Source: Craspedostauros australis (lineage: Eukaryota). Taken from it: a stretch of 64,000 nucleotides of DNA. Location of the stretch: positions 1-64,000 of the forward strand of contig JALAGF010000153.1 of NCBI GenBank assembly GCA_030167865.1, given 5' to 3'. Numbering within the stretch: position 1 is the first letter of the stretch; each line of letters starts with the position of its first letter. Both the position numbers and the translations under genes were made by a program. Positions 26,001-38,100 of this stretch are shown here, piece by piece. The notes under the pieces were generated by a model, which was given only the letters and a program-made list of their open reading frames with translations, made no database searches and was not told where the DNA came from.

Positions 26001-27790
26001 ATAGGATTGGGAACGAGAACGGCAGGTGGTCGGGCTGCAGGGTAATTTATGGAGATACCGATTCTTTGTTTGTGAGATTGCCGGGACGAACCTACAAGGA
26101 GGCATTTCAGTTTGGGGAGGAACTTTGCAGGCGTGTCACCGCTGACAACCCGCCGCCAGTGCAGCTGAAACTAGAGAAGGTCTATGTCGGGTCCATCATG
26201 CAAACGGTACGTCGGAATGCATGGCAACGCGTTTAGCGTGGGTGTGGAGAGCATGTGGAATTCATGCACCTCTTGCCCTCGTGGTATAATCACTTCTCTT
26301 CTTGCAGTGTGACGAGATGGACTGGCATGCACAGCGATCAACTTTCGGTGCTGGATTTTATCTCTTCGACCCAGTCTCTACGTGATGCTCCATCTAATCC
26401 TCTGTGTTTGTTGCCTCGACCCGTCGCATACAAATGATTGATCGCAAAAACTGCCTGTCTATTTGAATTGTGGCGAGATTGCGGGGTACACATCAACATC
26501 GTTGCCAACAGATGAAGCGGTATTGTGGGATGAAGTACGAGTCCAGCGACCAAAGGAAACCAGTCTTCGAAGCCAAAGGCCTCGAAACGATCCGAAGAGA
26601 CCAGTGCGCGCTGACTCAAAAGGTTCTACGCAATGCACTAATCACGCTGTTCAAGAAAGGTATCGATGCTGTCCGACAATATCTCAACCGCCAGTGGGCC
26701 TTGATTCTAGGAGGTTATCTGCCCGTATCCGACTTCATTCTCACTGGCAAGGTGCGGAGCAAGTACCGGGGTGGCAAGGAAGGACCCGTGCAAGCGGTGC
26801 TTGCCAGACGAATGGCAGAGGCGGACCCTGGCCGGGTGATCCGACACAAACAGAGGCTTTCGTATGTCATCGTGGCCACTCCTGGGGTATCATTTCGCTT
26901 GAAGGACTGCGTGCTGACGCCGTTGGAATTGCTGGAACGATGGGACGCCTACACTATCCATTCCTCGTACTACATCGCCAAGGTAAGCTCTGATGTGCTA
27001 CAACGTGCATTGGCGTGTCATGGTTGCACTAATACCATGGCCAGAGCTCCAACGATGCTTGCTCCGCGCGAGTGTGTGAACGGTAACAAGGAAGACTGGC
27101 CATTTGACGATACTATGGGAGTATGATTGCGCATGCTCACTTGGTCTGTGAACGCACCTTTATCAACATTCTTCTCTCCTCATCGAACAGCACGTGAACG
27201 CATCGTTGCAACGATGTCTTGGACTGCATCCGCACAACGTGGACGTCTCCGCATGGTACGAGATGTGCGCCAAACCACGGCGGAGGATCCACTACTGGCC
27301 CGTGTCGTCGAGGACACGGAAGATGATCACGTCATACTTCGGCAGCGACATCTGCGCCATGTGCGGCGCGAAGTGCCAAACGCAGGGAAGGTCGAAGGCT
27401 GTAGTCTGCCAAGCCTGTCGAGTTAGTGAAACCAACACAACGTTCTTCGCAAACAAGAGAATCTCGTCCATCCAGACTGCGGTCCACAAGCTGGCCAAAA
27501 AGTGCAGCAGCTGCAATGGCTGTGAGGAGGGTGGGGATTCATTCGCTGGTGTCGCATTGCATAGGAGTGTCGCCACCCACCGTCCAGATGGTAGTCATAT
27601 GTTCGGCAGCTATGCAGAAGCTGTCGCAGCACAAACAACAGCAACAGACTCGATGAGCGACGATGCTCGTCTCGCTAACCCCATGGCCAACTGCACCTGC
27701 CTCGACTGCCCGGCAACATTTGAACGGCATAGGATGCGGGATCTTGAGATCGAAGCCATCGAGGTTTGCAAGTGCCTCGAATTGTTGTGA
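20091..27790 (+). CDS. REV3: DNA polymerase zeta catalytic subunit, about 2289 aa; exons 20091-24413, 24604-25768, 25896-26206, 26512-26982, 27191-27790
   Basis: N-terminal KVPVIRIFG, ACLYIHGAYPY, YEAHIPYTMQF. Polymerase motifs RGSQYKVEG, DFTALYPS, QLALKYVANVTYGYTSATFSGR, YGDTDSLF, FEAKGLETIRRD. C-terminal CysA/CysB clusters. All four introns are GT-AG and preserve the frame. Confidence 0.95.
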
Positions 27791-28071
27791 TGCGTTGTTG
27801 AGAGAAATTGCAGCGCAACATTCACGGCCACACACTTGCAATCAGCGCTAATACAATTTTGTCATTCACCCATTACGCGAGGCAATCTTACTTGGAGGTA
27901 TACGCTTTTCACCCAGCATGAAGCCTGGCAGACTTGTGCGAGCATCGGCCATGTGTACCGTCAACTTGGTATGGCACTGGCACAATAATGCGATTGCTGC
28001 CGTTCAACGATGGAGTCTGGTAGTCGCTTCGTTATCGTTTATCTGCTTGACTTGTACATCGTCACAACACA

Positions 28072-30400
28072 TTAAGGTGAGCATCGGTTTGGATCGCGTG
28101 GGAACATGGACGCCTTGCGGACGTTGTCAAGACCGAGGTACAGGAAGACGACGCGCTCGAGACCGATTCCAGCACCAGCATGAGGGCTCACACCGTGCCG
28201 AAAGGATTCGATGTACTTCTCCAGACCCTCCCCGACTTCGACGCCCTTATTGTTCAGAATTTCGAGTAAGAGTTCCGGGTCATGACATCGTTGCGCTCCT
28301 GAGCAGATTTCTTGACCTCTGATGAAGATGTCGTAGGAGTTGGAGAAATTGGCATCCTCTGGACAAGGCATGGTGTAGAACGGTCGAATTTCCATTGGGT
28401 ATTTGTCGAGCATGAAGAAGTCCGTACCGTACTTTTCCTTCACGGCCTCTCCCAGAGCGAGCTCCTGTCGTTCGTTCATTGACGAAAGTAAGAATAAGAG
28501 CAAAATGAAAAAGGACAAGAGATGGAGAAGGGGTGAGTTCCATGATGTACTGTAATGCATGCAATGCAATGCAGGTGACGTTTGCTCCGCTGTGTGCCGC
28601 AATCAACAACTTGTTGCCATTCGTAGCGTTGCTGCTTGCTCCTGCGAAAGCACCGTAACGCACCATCGCTCCCGACAGATCTCCCAGACCATCGCCAATG
28701 TCAAAGCCTGCTTCCTTCAGAATCTCCATCGCCTCTGGCCAATGCAACACGCATGGTTCATCCGTGAAGGCGACCGCCTCCGAAAAGTACTGCTCGCGGA
28801 TCACCTTGAGCTCACCCTCCAGCCTGGTTTCCAGCCCGTTAAAAATGTGCTTGAACATGTTGTGGATCACCTCCAGCGTCTCCATGTAATGATCGTTGAT
28901 GGACATTTCCAAATCCAACCCCGTGAATTCGCACAAGTGACGGCGCGTGTGCGACTTCTCCGCGCGAAAAACCGGACCGATCTCGAAGACGCGCGTCAGG
29001 TCGGAGGCGATCGCCATCTGCTTGTACAGCTGCGGCGATTGTGCCAAGCACGCGGTTTGTCCGAAGTAGTCGGTCGTGAAGACGCCGGCGCCGCTCTCGC
29101 TTTCTCCGGCAAGCAGCTTGGGCGTGTGGATCTCTGTGAAGCCCTGCGAGTACAGCGATTCGCGGAACAGCTGGCAGACCATGGATTGGACTCGCATGAT
29201 GGCGTTGTTGGCCGGGGCACGTAGATCCATCCAACGATTGTCGAGTCGGAGTTCCTGGCCAAGACGAGGGAAGGGTCTGTCGGTGTCTTGCGATTCATCG
29301 ACCTCCTTTTCGCTGCGTGCAGCATCCTCCACCAGGAATGGGAGAACGGACGCCGCCTTCATGACTGAGTGGATGCGGTTGATGCTGAGCTCCACGTTCT
29401 GGATGGTGCACGACCGGACCTCGGCATCCACGAGCGTTGCCTCGATATCCACGATGCTCTCCGCCGTCAACAACTTGAGGTATTGGATCATCTTCTTGGA
29501 CTGCTCCGGATTCTCCTTGTCCTTGAAGTAGCAAGCCTGCACTGTGTGGAAGGAATCCTGACGCACGACGATGAAGCACGAACCGCCCTTGACGCGGATG
29601 GATTGCAAACGGCCGCGCAGCCAGACCTTGTCGCCGGCATTGTGCTGCGTTTCCAAGTCCTTGACGTCCACAAACTCGCGTCCTGTGCGGCTGCGGGACA
29701 TGACCCGCGTGAGATCTCCAAACGGTTCGTACTTGTCTTCGTCATTGACTGATAGGTAGGTCACATCGTGGATCTTGTCTGCCTCCGCCTTCGCGGCTGC
29801 TTGCGCTGCCTTCTTGGCCTTCTTCTCGGCCTTCAGTCGTTCCTTTTCGGCTCTGTAGGTACGATGGTGCAAAGGATGGATCAAATGGAGTCGGACGGCA
29901 AATAGGAGGGAGTTTGATGTGAGTATTTGGTGAGGCAGAAGAAGCACAGGTTGACACGACAACTCAACCAAACACAATGATGGAAGACGCGAAGGAAAGC
30001 TGCAACTCTTACGACAAAGGAAACAAGTACAGTTCATCGGCAGCATCTGCACTCCACCAGCATCTTGTCCATCAATGCACTGCTGCACTCACTTTCGAGC
30101 CTCACGCGCAGCCTTGATGGCCGCCTTTTCCTCTTCGGTCTTTTCTCCTCCACCTTGCTGCTGCTGCTGCTGCTGTTGTTGCGAAGAGTTCTGAGTGGCA
30201 TCCGTCATGCGACGCAATGACGCAATGCTGCCGTACGACAAGGTCGGCCTCTGCGATGGCTTGCCGCATTCCGATGCGAGGGACGATGATCCCGATGTCC
30301 AGGATGGCTGAAAGGATTCCACGACGCAGCTGGACTCCATCAAGGACGCTGCCACCAGCGCCATGTGCAATGCCGAATTCGGCAGGCTCGAGAATCTCAT
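28072..30400 (-). CDS. DARS: Aspartyl-tRNA synthetase, eukaryotic cytosolic type, about 629 aa from ATG 30400 (alternative start ATG 30208); exons 30400-30093, 29852-28664, 28464-28072
   Basis: OB-fold [91 protein letters not shown]. Confidence 0.95.
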
Positions 30401-30824
30401 CGTGTAGCCTGGTGGATTCACAAGATGAATGATCCCAACGTGGAGTTGTTCCAAGCTTATCCGACGATCTGGGTGTCGATGATGTCGATGATGTCGATGG
30501 TCCTGTTGATACGTTGGATCGCGCTGGGTGTGCTTTGCGCTCTTGCTGCCAATGTTCGCAGACGGTTGGATTGATGGGTGATCGTGATGGGTGGGTGAGT
30601 GAATGGAATGGATGGATCCTGTTTGGTGATGGGTTGATGTGACGACACGGTGCTGACGATTGTGCGGATTTGGTTGATGGGTGATCGTCTGGATGTCGTC
30701 CGACTGATGTTCGTCCCGCGCTAGGTTCGTAAAAGTAGAAAGACCAAAAAGACGCCAATATTGTGTCCACAGGGTGCAGATGAAAAATTGTGGTCTAGAA
30801 CCGTTACCCTTCCCCTTCGATACT

Positions 30825-32492
30825 TCACTGCCACACGCCCTTGATCTTCTGAAGGAGTCCGACCCATGTCTCGACACCGTCAAACAGCTGATCCATGTCG
30901 ATGCTGCAGACGTCGAACTTCTCGTGCGCGGTTCGATCGAATGCCTTGCGATGCGCTGCTTCGCCATCAGGTGACGCGTACCACTGCGGCATCCACTGCT
31001 CCTCTTTCGCGAGAGACATCTGCAGGAACTGGTTCAGCTCGTCCTCGTTGGGGCACTTTCGAGGAAGGTCTGCGATGTTCTTCTTCAGCTCACCGTGGTG
31101 GTACTCGGCCAGCTCGTTCGTGACCTGGGTGATGGTCTTGTCGGTTTGCATCTTGGTATCGATCACGCCGCGCTTGGCAGCCTCGTACGCGATGTCGAAG
31201 TAGAGGAACCAAGGCATGTTGCGGACGTTCTGTTCGAATCCCCTGGGCATATTGCGGAGGTATTCGCATGCGTTGGGAGCATCTGAGATGAAATCACACA
31301 TCAGCTGCTGCGTGATCTGCTCCTTGGAGTGGATGTTCATGACGTGGATCTTGAAACCATGGTGGCGCCAGGTTTGGATGAGGCCATCGATGAAGACAAA
31401 GATATCGGCCATCGTCATGGGGTCGTCCTGACCGTACAGTGCAGTGGAGCTGTCTTGCATCCATTCCTGGATGATTTCCCAAGTGTTGCCGGTGGGCACG
31501 CCGCCGTTCGCGGGCCAGTTGGCGTGCTTGGATGTGTGGTACGTCATTTCCATGCCGCGGTTCTGTTTGATGGTGCTCAGCATCCAGTCGAAGACTCGGC
31601 GGTACGTCACGACGATCGTCACATCCCAGCCGTCCAGGAGGTCCTTCAGGTTCTTGAAGTAGAGGGGGTCCTGATACAGCCCGCCGGCGAGGAAGAACTT
31701 CGTGTACGACCATTCTTCGCTGCTAGTGATCAACGAGACGCCGTCTTCCCTCATCATGTCCAGTACGTCCTTTGTCTCCTGGATGCATCCGGGCCGTGGG
31801 ACCAACGATTGGGCCGTAGCATTCGCTGCGTGGTGCATCTTCGTGTTCATGTAGGTGGTGTAGTCGCGTTGCATGCATTCTGGCTTCCACATGTTGCCTA
31901 CTGGCACCAGACGAGCGTCCTTGTAGGATGCTTTCATACCGCCGCGTCCCCAGTACGCGTACTTGTCCTTGAGCAGAATCCCGCGCTTGTGCGCACTGAA
32001 CAAATCATGCTGGAACGTCGTCGTCGCGGTCTTCGCAGGTCCAAGATGGATGATGAGTTTCGGTCCCTTGCTCCGGTCTTCGGCGACTTTCGATTCGCTT
32101 TGAATCTGTGTCTGTTGATCCGTGGTGTGCTGCTCTGTCGCCTGGTGTTCCACTTCGTGCAAATCTCGTACCTTCGCGGTATACTGCGGTTGCGGTAATG
32201 AGATCAACTGGCGGAACTCCTGCAAGTTCAAGACTGTCGAGAACTGGACGAGCAAGATGAAGGGAGCAACGAAGATGAGCCGACTCGACAGTTGCCGGAG
32301 ACGCTGTGACCGGCTGCTGCTGCTGCTGCCAATTTTCATGGTGGCGACGGCATCTGTGTATTTGGTGCTCTTCTCATCGTCGTTCGTCAGAGTAAACTGT
32401 TGGTCTGTGCCGACGTCCATGTCCTTGTGGCTATCGGCATCCCCCATGGATGTGGTGAGCGTGCTCGCGCTGCTTACTGAATTATCACTCAT
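30825..32492 (-). CDS. Type II membrane protein with a sulfotransferase-like P-loop domain (555 aa)
   Basis: Single-exon ORF with an N-terminal TM (LIFVAPFILLVQF). Motifs IIHLGPAKTATTTFQ (5'-PSB-like), ITSSEEW and IVVTYRRVFDWMLS (3'-PB-like). Confidence 0.75.
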   Translation of the reverse strand: MSDNSVSSASTLTTSMGDADSHKDMDVGTDQQFTLTNDDEKSTKYTDAVATMKIGSSSSSRSQRLRQLSSRLIFVAPFILLVQFSTVLNLQEFRQLISLPQPQYTAKVRDLHEVEHQATEQHTTDQQTQIQSESKVAEDRSKGPKLIIHLGPAKTATTTFQHDLFSAHKRGILLKDKYAYWGRGGMKASYKDARLVPVGNMWKPECMQRDYTTYMNTKMHHAANATAQSLVPRPGCIQETKDVLDMMREDGVSLITSSEEWSYTKFFLAGGLYQDPLYFKNLKDLLDGWDVTIVVTYRRVFDWMLSTIKQNRGMEMTYHTSKHANWPANGGVPTGNTWEIIQEWMQDSSTALYGQDDPMTMADIFVFIDGLIQTWRHHGFKIHVMNIHSKEQITQQLMCDFISDAPNACEYLRNMPRGFEQNVRNMPWFLYFDIAYEAAKRGVIDTKMQTDKTITQVTNELAEYHHGELKKNIADLPRKCPNEDELNQFLQMSLAKEEQWMPQWYASPDGEAAHRKAFDRTAHEKFDVCSIDMDQLFDGVETWVGLLQKIKGVWQ

Positions 32493-34378
32493 GGTTTGTG
32501 ATGGCGTTTGTTTTACGGCGGGAAGTTCTGCTAGAGCAACGTTCGAGAGTGGAGTGGAGTGAAGTAGGTTAGGGTATGTACTTGTGCGCGTGTGCGGTAC
32601 TGCAATGGTGCAATCACTGCTCTGCGCAAGTGTGATGTGGAGGAATCAATTGATGATGGTCTGGCTGGAGCTTGATTGTCTTTCTCTCTCTCTCTCCGGA
32701 GCGGGGCTACTGGATTCTACTGTCTGATGCCTTTCGTTTTTGCTTTTCAAGCGGAAGACTTCGTGTGTTTCCGCGGTTGATCGATGACAAGTCGCTCGCC
32801 ACAAATTTGATTTTGCGCTCTGGGTTCGGTTGGATTGGGTAGAGATGCTCGATGTTACGATCCAATGCAAAGTATGGTGTAGTATGGTGTTGTGGTATGG
32901 TATAATATGGTAGTGTGAGATTATGAGCAGCAACTAACTTGGGTTGGAGTCGACGCTGATACTGCTGATGTTGTGGCTGATTGTTGTGGTGTTGAGTTGT
33001 GTTGTATTGTGCATGGGTGGAGCACGAGGATGCAGAACGAATTGCCGCTTCATCGCCAAGCCAACCGCCATGCCAACTTCGATCGTGCATACGCACGAGC
33101 ACGAGCCATGGGCATTGATGCAGGTAGCGACGAGGGATGCCCGATACACTTGCGAGGACCTCGGGTGCGAAACATCGTATTGCGAAACACGTGCACATTA
33201 GTTGTTGTGTGGAGGTTGGGGAGTCATTGCCAGGGGGAACAAAGTGAGCGGAGTCGAAAAAACACATTCTGCTGTGAACAAGCACGGCCTACCAGCAGGC
33301 TTGGCTTGGTCGCTGGAGTGCAACGAACCGGGGCAATGCACGCCAACAAAGGAGGAGAGGGAGGAATTGCGGCCTTTGTCATGTGGCCTTTTGGGTCTTG
33401 GTTGTGGAGGAGAGGACGACACGAGGGAGAACACCGTCTCGCAAGATGACTTCAATGTTCGTGACTGGCACGATGGACATGCTATCAGTGCCCATTCACT
33501 ACCACTATTTGTCTTGTCACGGCTCCTTGTGACTCATGGTAAAACCGGGACACTCCGTTGAGAGAGTGGTTCGCAGCAGAGCACCCCACACTCCACTCTC
33601 CATCCGAAAATGGAGTTCTCTCTCAACAAGTTGTGTGCATCGATGCACGACCTGGGCGACTTCACAAATTCTGGTTTGACTCTTCCTCAAGCAATCTTGA
33701 CTTGCCATCACCACCACGGACGCACTGCACTGTCTTGGTGAGTGCGTGCGTGCGTGCTGTACCGTTCCAATAAATCTCACATCGCAGTCCACGACGCCGA
33801 GGAACGATCTCCTGCTGCCAATAGCAAGATCGTCTCCGTTGGTGCACAATCGACAAACTAGCGACCAACGCATCCCAATCCACGATGCTCGCGCGATGCA
33901 TTGAGGGATCTCTGTGAGCCAATCCAACTTTATCGTTGTGGCAGTTGGGACGAGCAATTGTATCACAAGCGGATCATGTCATTGATCGACACAACCTCAG
34001 GCAGAAACGAATGTCGCATCAGGAATGGTTGAGTGGTTGGGGCTGTGGTCACGTTGTGAAAAGCACCTCCCAGCAATCGTGGTTTGCCGCAGATGCGATG
34101 CCAAAAACGCACTTAGTCTCCATCCCACAAACTTCGCTGCATGTCTCTCTATTTTCTGGTTGTCTGCATAGGTGTCAACAAACAGACAAACTCAATCCAA
34201 CAAAGCGCAAACTGTTGTGTTCACAGACAGACAACCATGTGTACAGCCAAGCACATCCCAGAGAGTGGGCGGATAGCGAAATACGAGCTGGTAGACAAGA
34301 GAAATTCAGTCTACCGAAACGAGATAAAAAGAGCATGGCACTGTTGTGGCATTGCGCTCCATCCGATTGGGAATGGCA

Positions 34379-34828
34379 GAGGAAGATTGTTCCGGCCCTG
34401 ACCTTTCCAGCAGTCAAAGGCGCGACAACCCACAACGCTGCCATCGACTCATCGAACCTGTGACCAATCGACGAAGCCAAAAGGCGCTGAAAGTGAGGCA
34501 GATGGATGTTGTCTTTGGTATCTCTCTGAATGTCTTGGCGCACAAATACATGCAATGCCGCATTATCGTATCCGTGCTTCAAGAACATGTCTCATTATGG
34601 CACTCCTCCATCATCGTGCGAATTGGGAATCGCCGCATCGCGCTCGTACTGTTTGGGTTGCTCGCGACGGTTCTGCACCCGTTTTTGGAACTTGGTCCAT
34701 TCGTGCGCGATTGATTGGTTAGTCGAGTTAGTCAATAGACAATAGTTGTCCAAGCGAGTCAAGAACCTCTCTGCAAGGCTCCGCTGCTCTTCGTCCATGC
34801 ACGAGTACGCAATGCCGGTGCTCTGCAC
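34379..34828 (-). pseudogene. Possible decayed DUF6824-family fragment
   Basis: One frame interrupted by tandem TAA TGA at about 34592-34597: HEWTKFQKRVQNRRE...IPNSHD...GHRFDESMAALWVVAPLTAGKVR. It resembles the DUF6824 linker and C-terminus by eye only. Confidence 0.25.
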
Positions 34829-35112
34829 CTTCGACTTCTGTACGATCTATTCCATGTATATTAGGGTAAGTATTCACAATCTGTTATTATTACAATACGG
34901 CGGGTTGCAAGTGCGTCTCCCTTGATGCCCCAGAGTACGAGTATTTGTGGTGGAAGCGGCATAACTCGTACCATTGCTCGTGCAAGCTTTGGTGTGATGC
35001 TGGCTGCTGCTGACATTGTTGTCCACATGCCCACTCATCCTGTTACACCAATACTCTGCCACGCCCAGCGCTTCACGCTTCCTCGTCACCCGATTTCCAC
35101 CGACGGCCCACC

Positions 35113-38100
35113 TTACATTTGCCGTAGCAGCTCCTTCTCCCCAATCTCCTTCTTCATTTCCTCCACGATGTCTTTGCCCTTGCGTTCCCATTCCGAGCGA
35201 TTCATCTTGGCGTAGTTCAAGAACTCGTCGCTGGAGACGCCAAACACGCCGCAGTCGCTGAGCTTCTTCGCCAACGGGATGATGTAGTTGTCGTAGAACC
35301 AGAGTTCGCCCTTGTACCAGCCAACCGACGGATCCTGATCCATGCGACCCTGCTTGTGAGCCACGTACATTTCGTGGAAGAGGCGTTGATTCCACTTCTG
35401 GTACACGTGCCAGTGCTGCATCGTGTGGGCGACGTCGGCAGCCTGGATGATGTGTTCAATCACTATGGTCGCTCTGAGGTTGGGCAGGTCTTCGTGCAGT
35501 CTTGGCATGCTGTTCTTCCTACTCAAAGCGGCCCTGCCTCCTCCTCGGCTGCCCCTGCCGCCGCTTCCGCTTCCGACGGAGCTGCTGTCAACACGGATTC
35601 GTCTGCGGTGGCTGGAGTGGACGGAAATATCAACGGACGCAATCGAGTTTTCATCGCTCGATAAGGCCAGCGACTTGCTGCTGCCATCACGCGTGCTGCT
35701 GGACCCATCGTTGAACGCCTTCTCCCATCGCTTGTTGCGCATCGCTTTCAATTCAGGATCGAAGATGTCCGTTGCCATGACGGAGTTGACCAGCAACTGT
35801 CGGAAACGCTTGCGATCAGCCTCGTCGGCGAACAAGCATCGACGAAGGTCTCCGAAGGCAGTGTCCATCAGCAATCCCCATGCCAAGTCCACCGAATTCT
35901 GCTCTGCGACTGACTTGTTTCCGTAAGCTTGCGCCATGTCGCTCATCTCCTTGATGAGCTGGTTGTTGGACACGCCGGGATGATCGACGTCATGGATCAA
36001 GGCGGAGAAGACGCATGCGAAGTGGGTCAGCGGATCGGACGTGATGCCGTAGCTGTACGTGTGCAGCTTGGCGGCGACGCGGTTGAAGGATGTCGACTCC
36101 GTCACGAAGTCATCTGCCGAAACGACACGGTTAAGGATCTTGTTCGCCGACATGGTCACATGCGATGCGTGGCTGAAGTTGTGGAATGGGTTGTCATTTT
36201 GGTAGGCACCGGCGATGCGCACGACGTAAGCACGCAGCTGCGTCATGACGGGTTCTGGCAATGCCTCCTCGTTGGAAGCGAGCTTGTTGACGGGCATGGC
36301 AGCCTTGTCGAACTGCGGTAGCCGAATACTCTCGGCGTACTCGCTTCGAGGATTGGCGCGCATGGATATGGATTCATGCGCTGAGTCTGCTGCACCTCCA
36401 CCGTGATTGGAAACGTCAAAGTCGCTCTTACGTCCCTTGCGCAATCCCTTTCTCAGAGCCCCACCTCCAGCACCAGCGTCGCCATCGGCGCCTGCGGGTG
36501 TTCGCAGCGCACTGCCAAGCGAGATCATTGGCGCCCGGGCCTTGTTCTGCTCTTCCAGAATTTTGCGGCGCGCGACGATGCGTTTTAACAACTGCGCCAA
36601 CAGATCCACATTCCAGTCAATCAACCTTTCGAAGTTGCGATCGTATGGCCGCACGGCAACGCCGGTCCCCATTACCTGGTTCTTTCCCGTGACCAGAGCG
36701 CTACCGCTGCCACGGTTGGCCTCAGCGACGCCATTGCCACCAATGTTGCTGCTATTCTTGTTTGCTGATGCCGATCCGGATGCAGGAATGGGCAGATCCG
36801 CCCTGGAGAGATCGTCCATGGACATGGTGTCGGAACTGACAGAGACATCGGACGTTGCCAAGCTGCGTCCGCTGGAGCGTCTTGCGCATCCCTTTGGAAA
36901 GACCCAAAATCTGTGCAACGGCGTGTACAGAATCGCAGCGGATGGGGAATGCATAGGAGAAGTACGAGCAACATGAGAGGGATGATGTTTGCGAGATGAA
37001 CAAGAACATGAACAGGATGGAGAGCAAGTGTCAGCGGGACGTCATTAGCTTGCCATTCGATTATCATCCGAGCACCCTTCTCATCGCAATCATTCATTCA
37101 CAACCCACACATGCACACTTGCATGCAAACAGGCATGCCCGCATCCCCAAACTCACGTTTGAATCTCCCCCTTCCCCTTGACTTGGATAATATCCTCGCG
37201 TCGCTTGACCCAATGCCCCTTGCGCGACGCGATGAGCAGATCCGCCGTCTCCTGCGAACACTGGATGTAGTTGGGACGCCCGTTGCTCTCCATGCGGCTG
37301 GCCGTGTTAACCGTGTCGCCGAACAGCTGGAATCGCGATTTTTGCCCACGCAGAACGCCGGCCGTGACGGGCCCCGAATGCAGACCAACGCGGATGCGCA
37401 ACGACGTCGTGTCGGGTCCCAATTCGACCTCCAAATCGCTCGTGATGTCCGTCATCTTGAACAGGATCTCCCCGGCAAATTTGGACATAATGACAGCGTG
37501 ATCCTTCTGCGGATCGGGCAATCCCGTCACGGCGACGTAGCAATCGCCGATCGTTTCGATTTTGAAGACGCGTCGGCGATCCGCGATGGCATCGAAGGCG
37601 CCGTAGACGGTCTCCAAGAGTTTGAAGACGTGCGATGGTTCCCTGACGCTGGACCATGCCGTGAAGCCTGCAATATCCGCAAAGAGGACCGTCGTGTTGG
37701 GGAAGAGATCGGCGATGGGCGCCGATGATTTGGCGTTGGCGGCTGCCGTGGATCCCGATGCCGTGCTGGCACCGCCACCGAAGACCCTGCGGCGTTGTGA
37801 CACGCCCGGTGTGAGCGGAAGAGCAGGTCCGCCGCTGGCCATGAAGTTCTTCAATCTCATTTTCTGCGTGACGAGAGGGGATTGGTGCACCGTGTTCGAT
37901 TGGCTGCCCTTGTTATTGGTCGTCGTCGCCTGCGTATCTTCCATGAGGCGTTTACGCACGTTCTTTGGGAAGAGGGAGGACACGATGGCCTGCGATTTGA
38001 CGGCCGTGTCCATGACCGCGCGTTGTCTGCGTTCCACGAGCCAATCGTATCCGACGAAGACGACGGTGGTGAGGAGAAGGACGCTGAGGACGAGGACGGT

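Noticed and set aside
20091-27790. Family B polymerase as a sign of a Polinton or viral insertion
   Set aside because: The motifs, introns and C-terminal Cys clusters identify cellular REV3, and no capsid, integrase or terminal repeats are nearby
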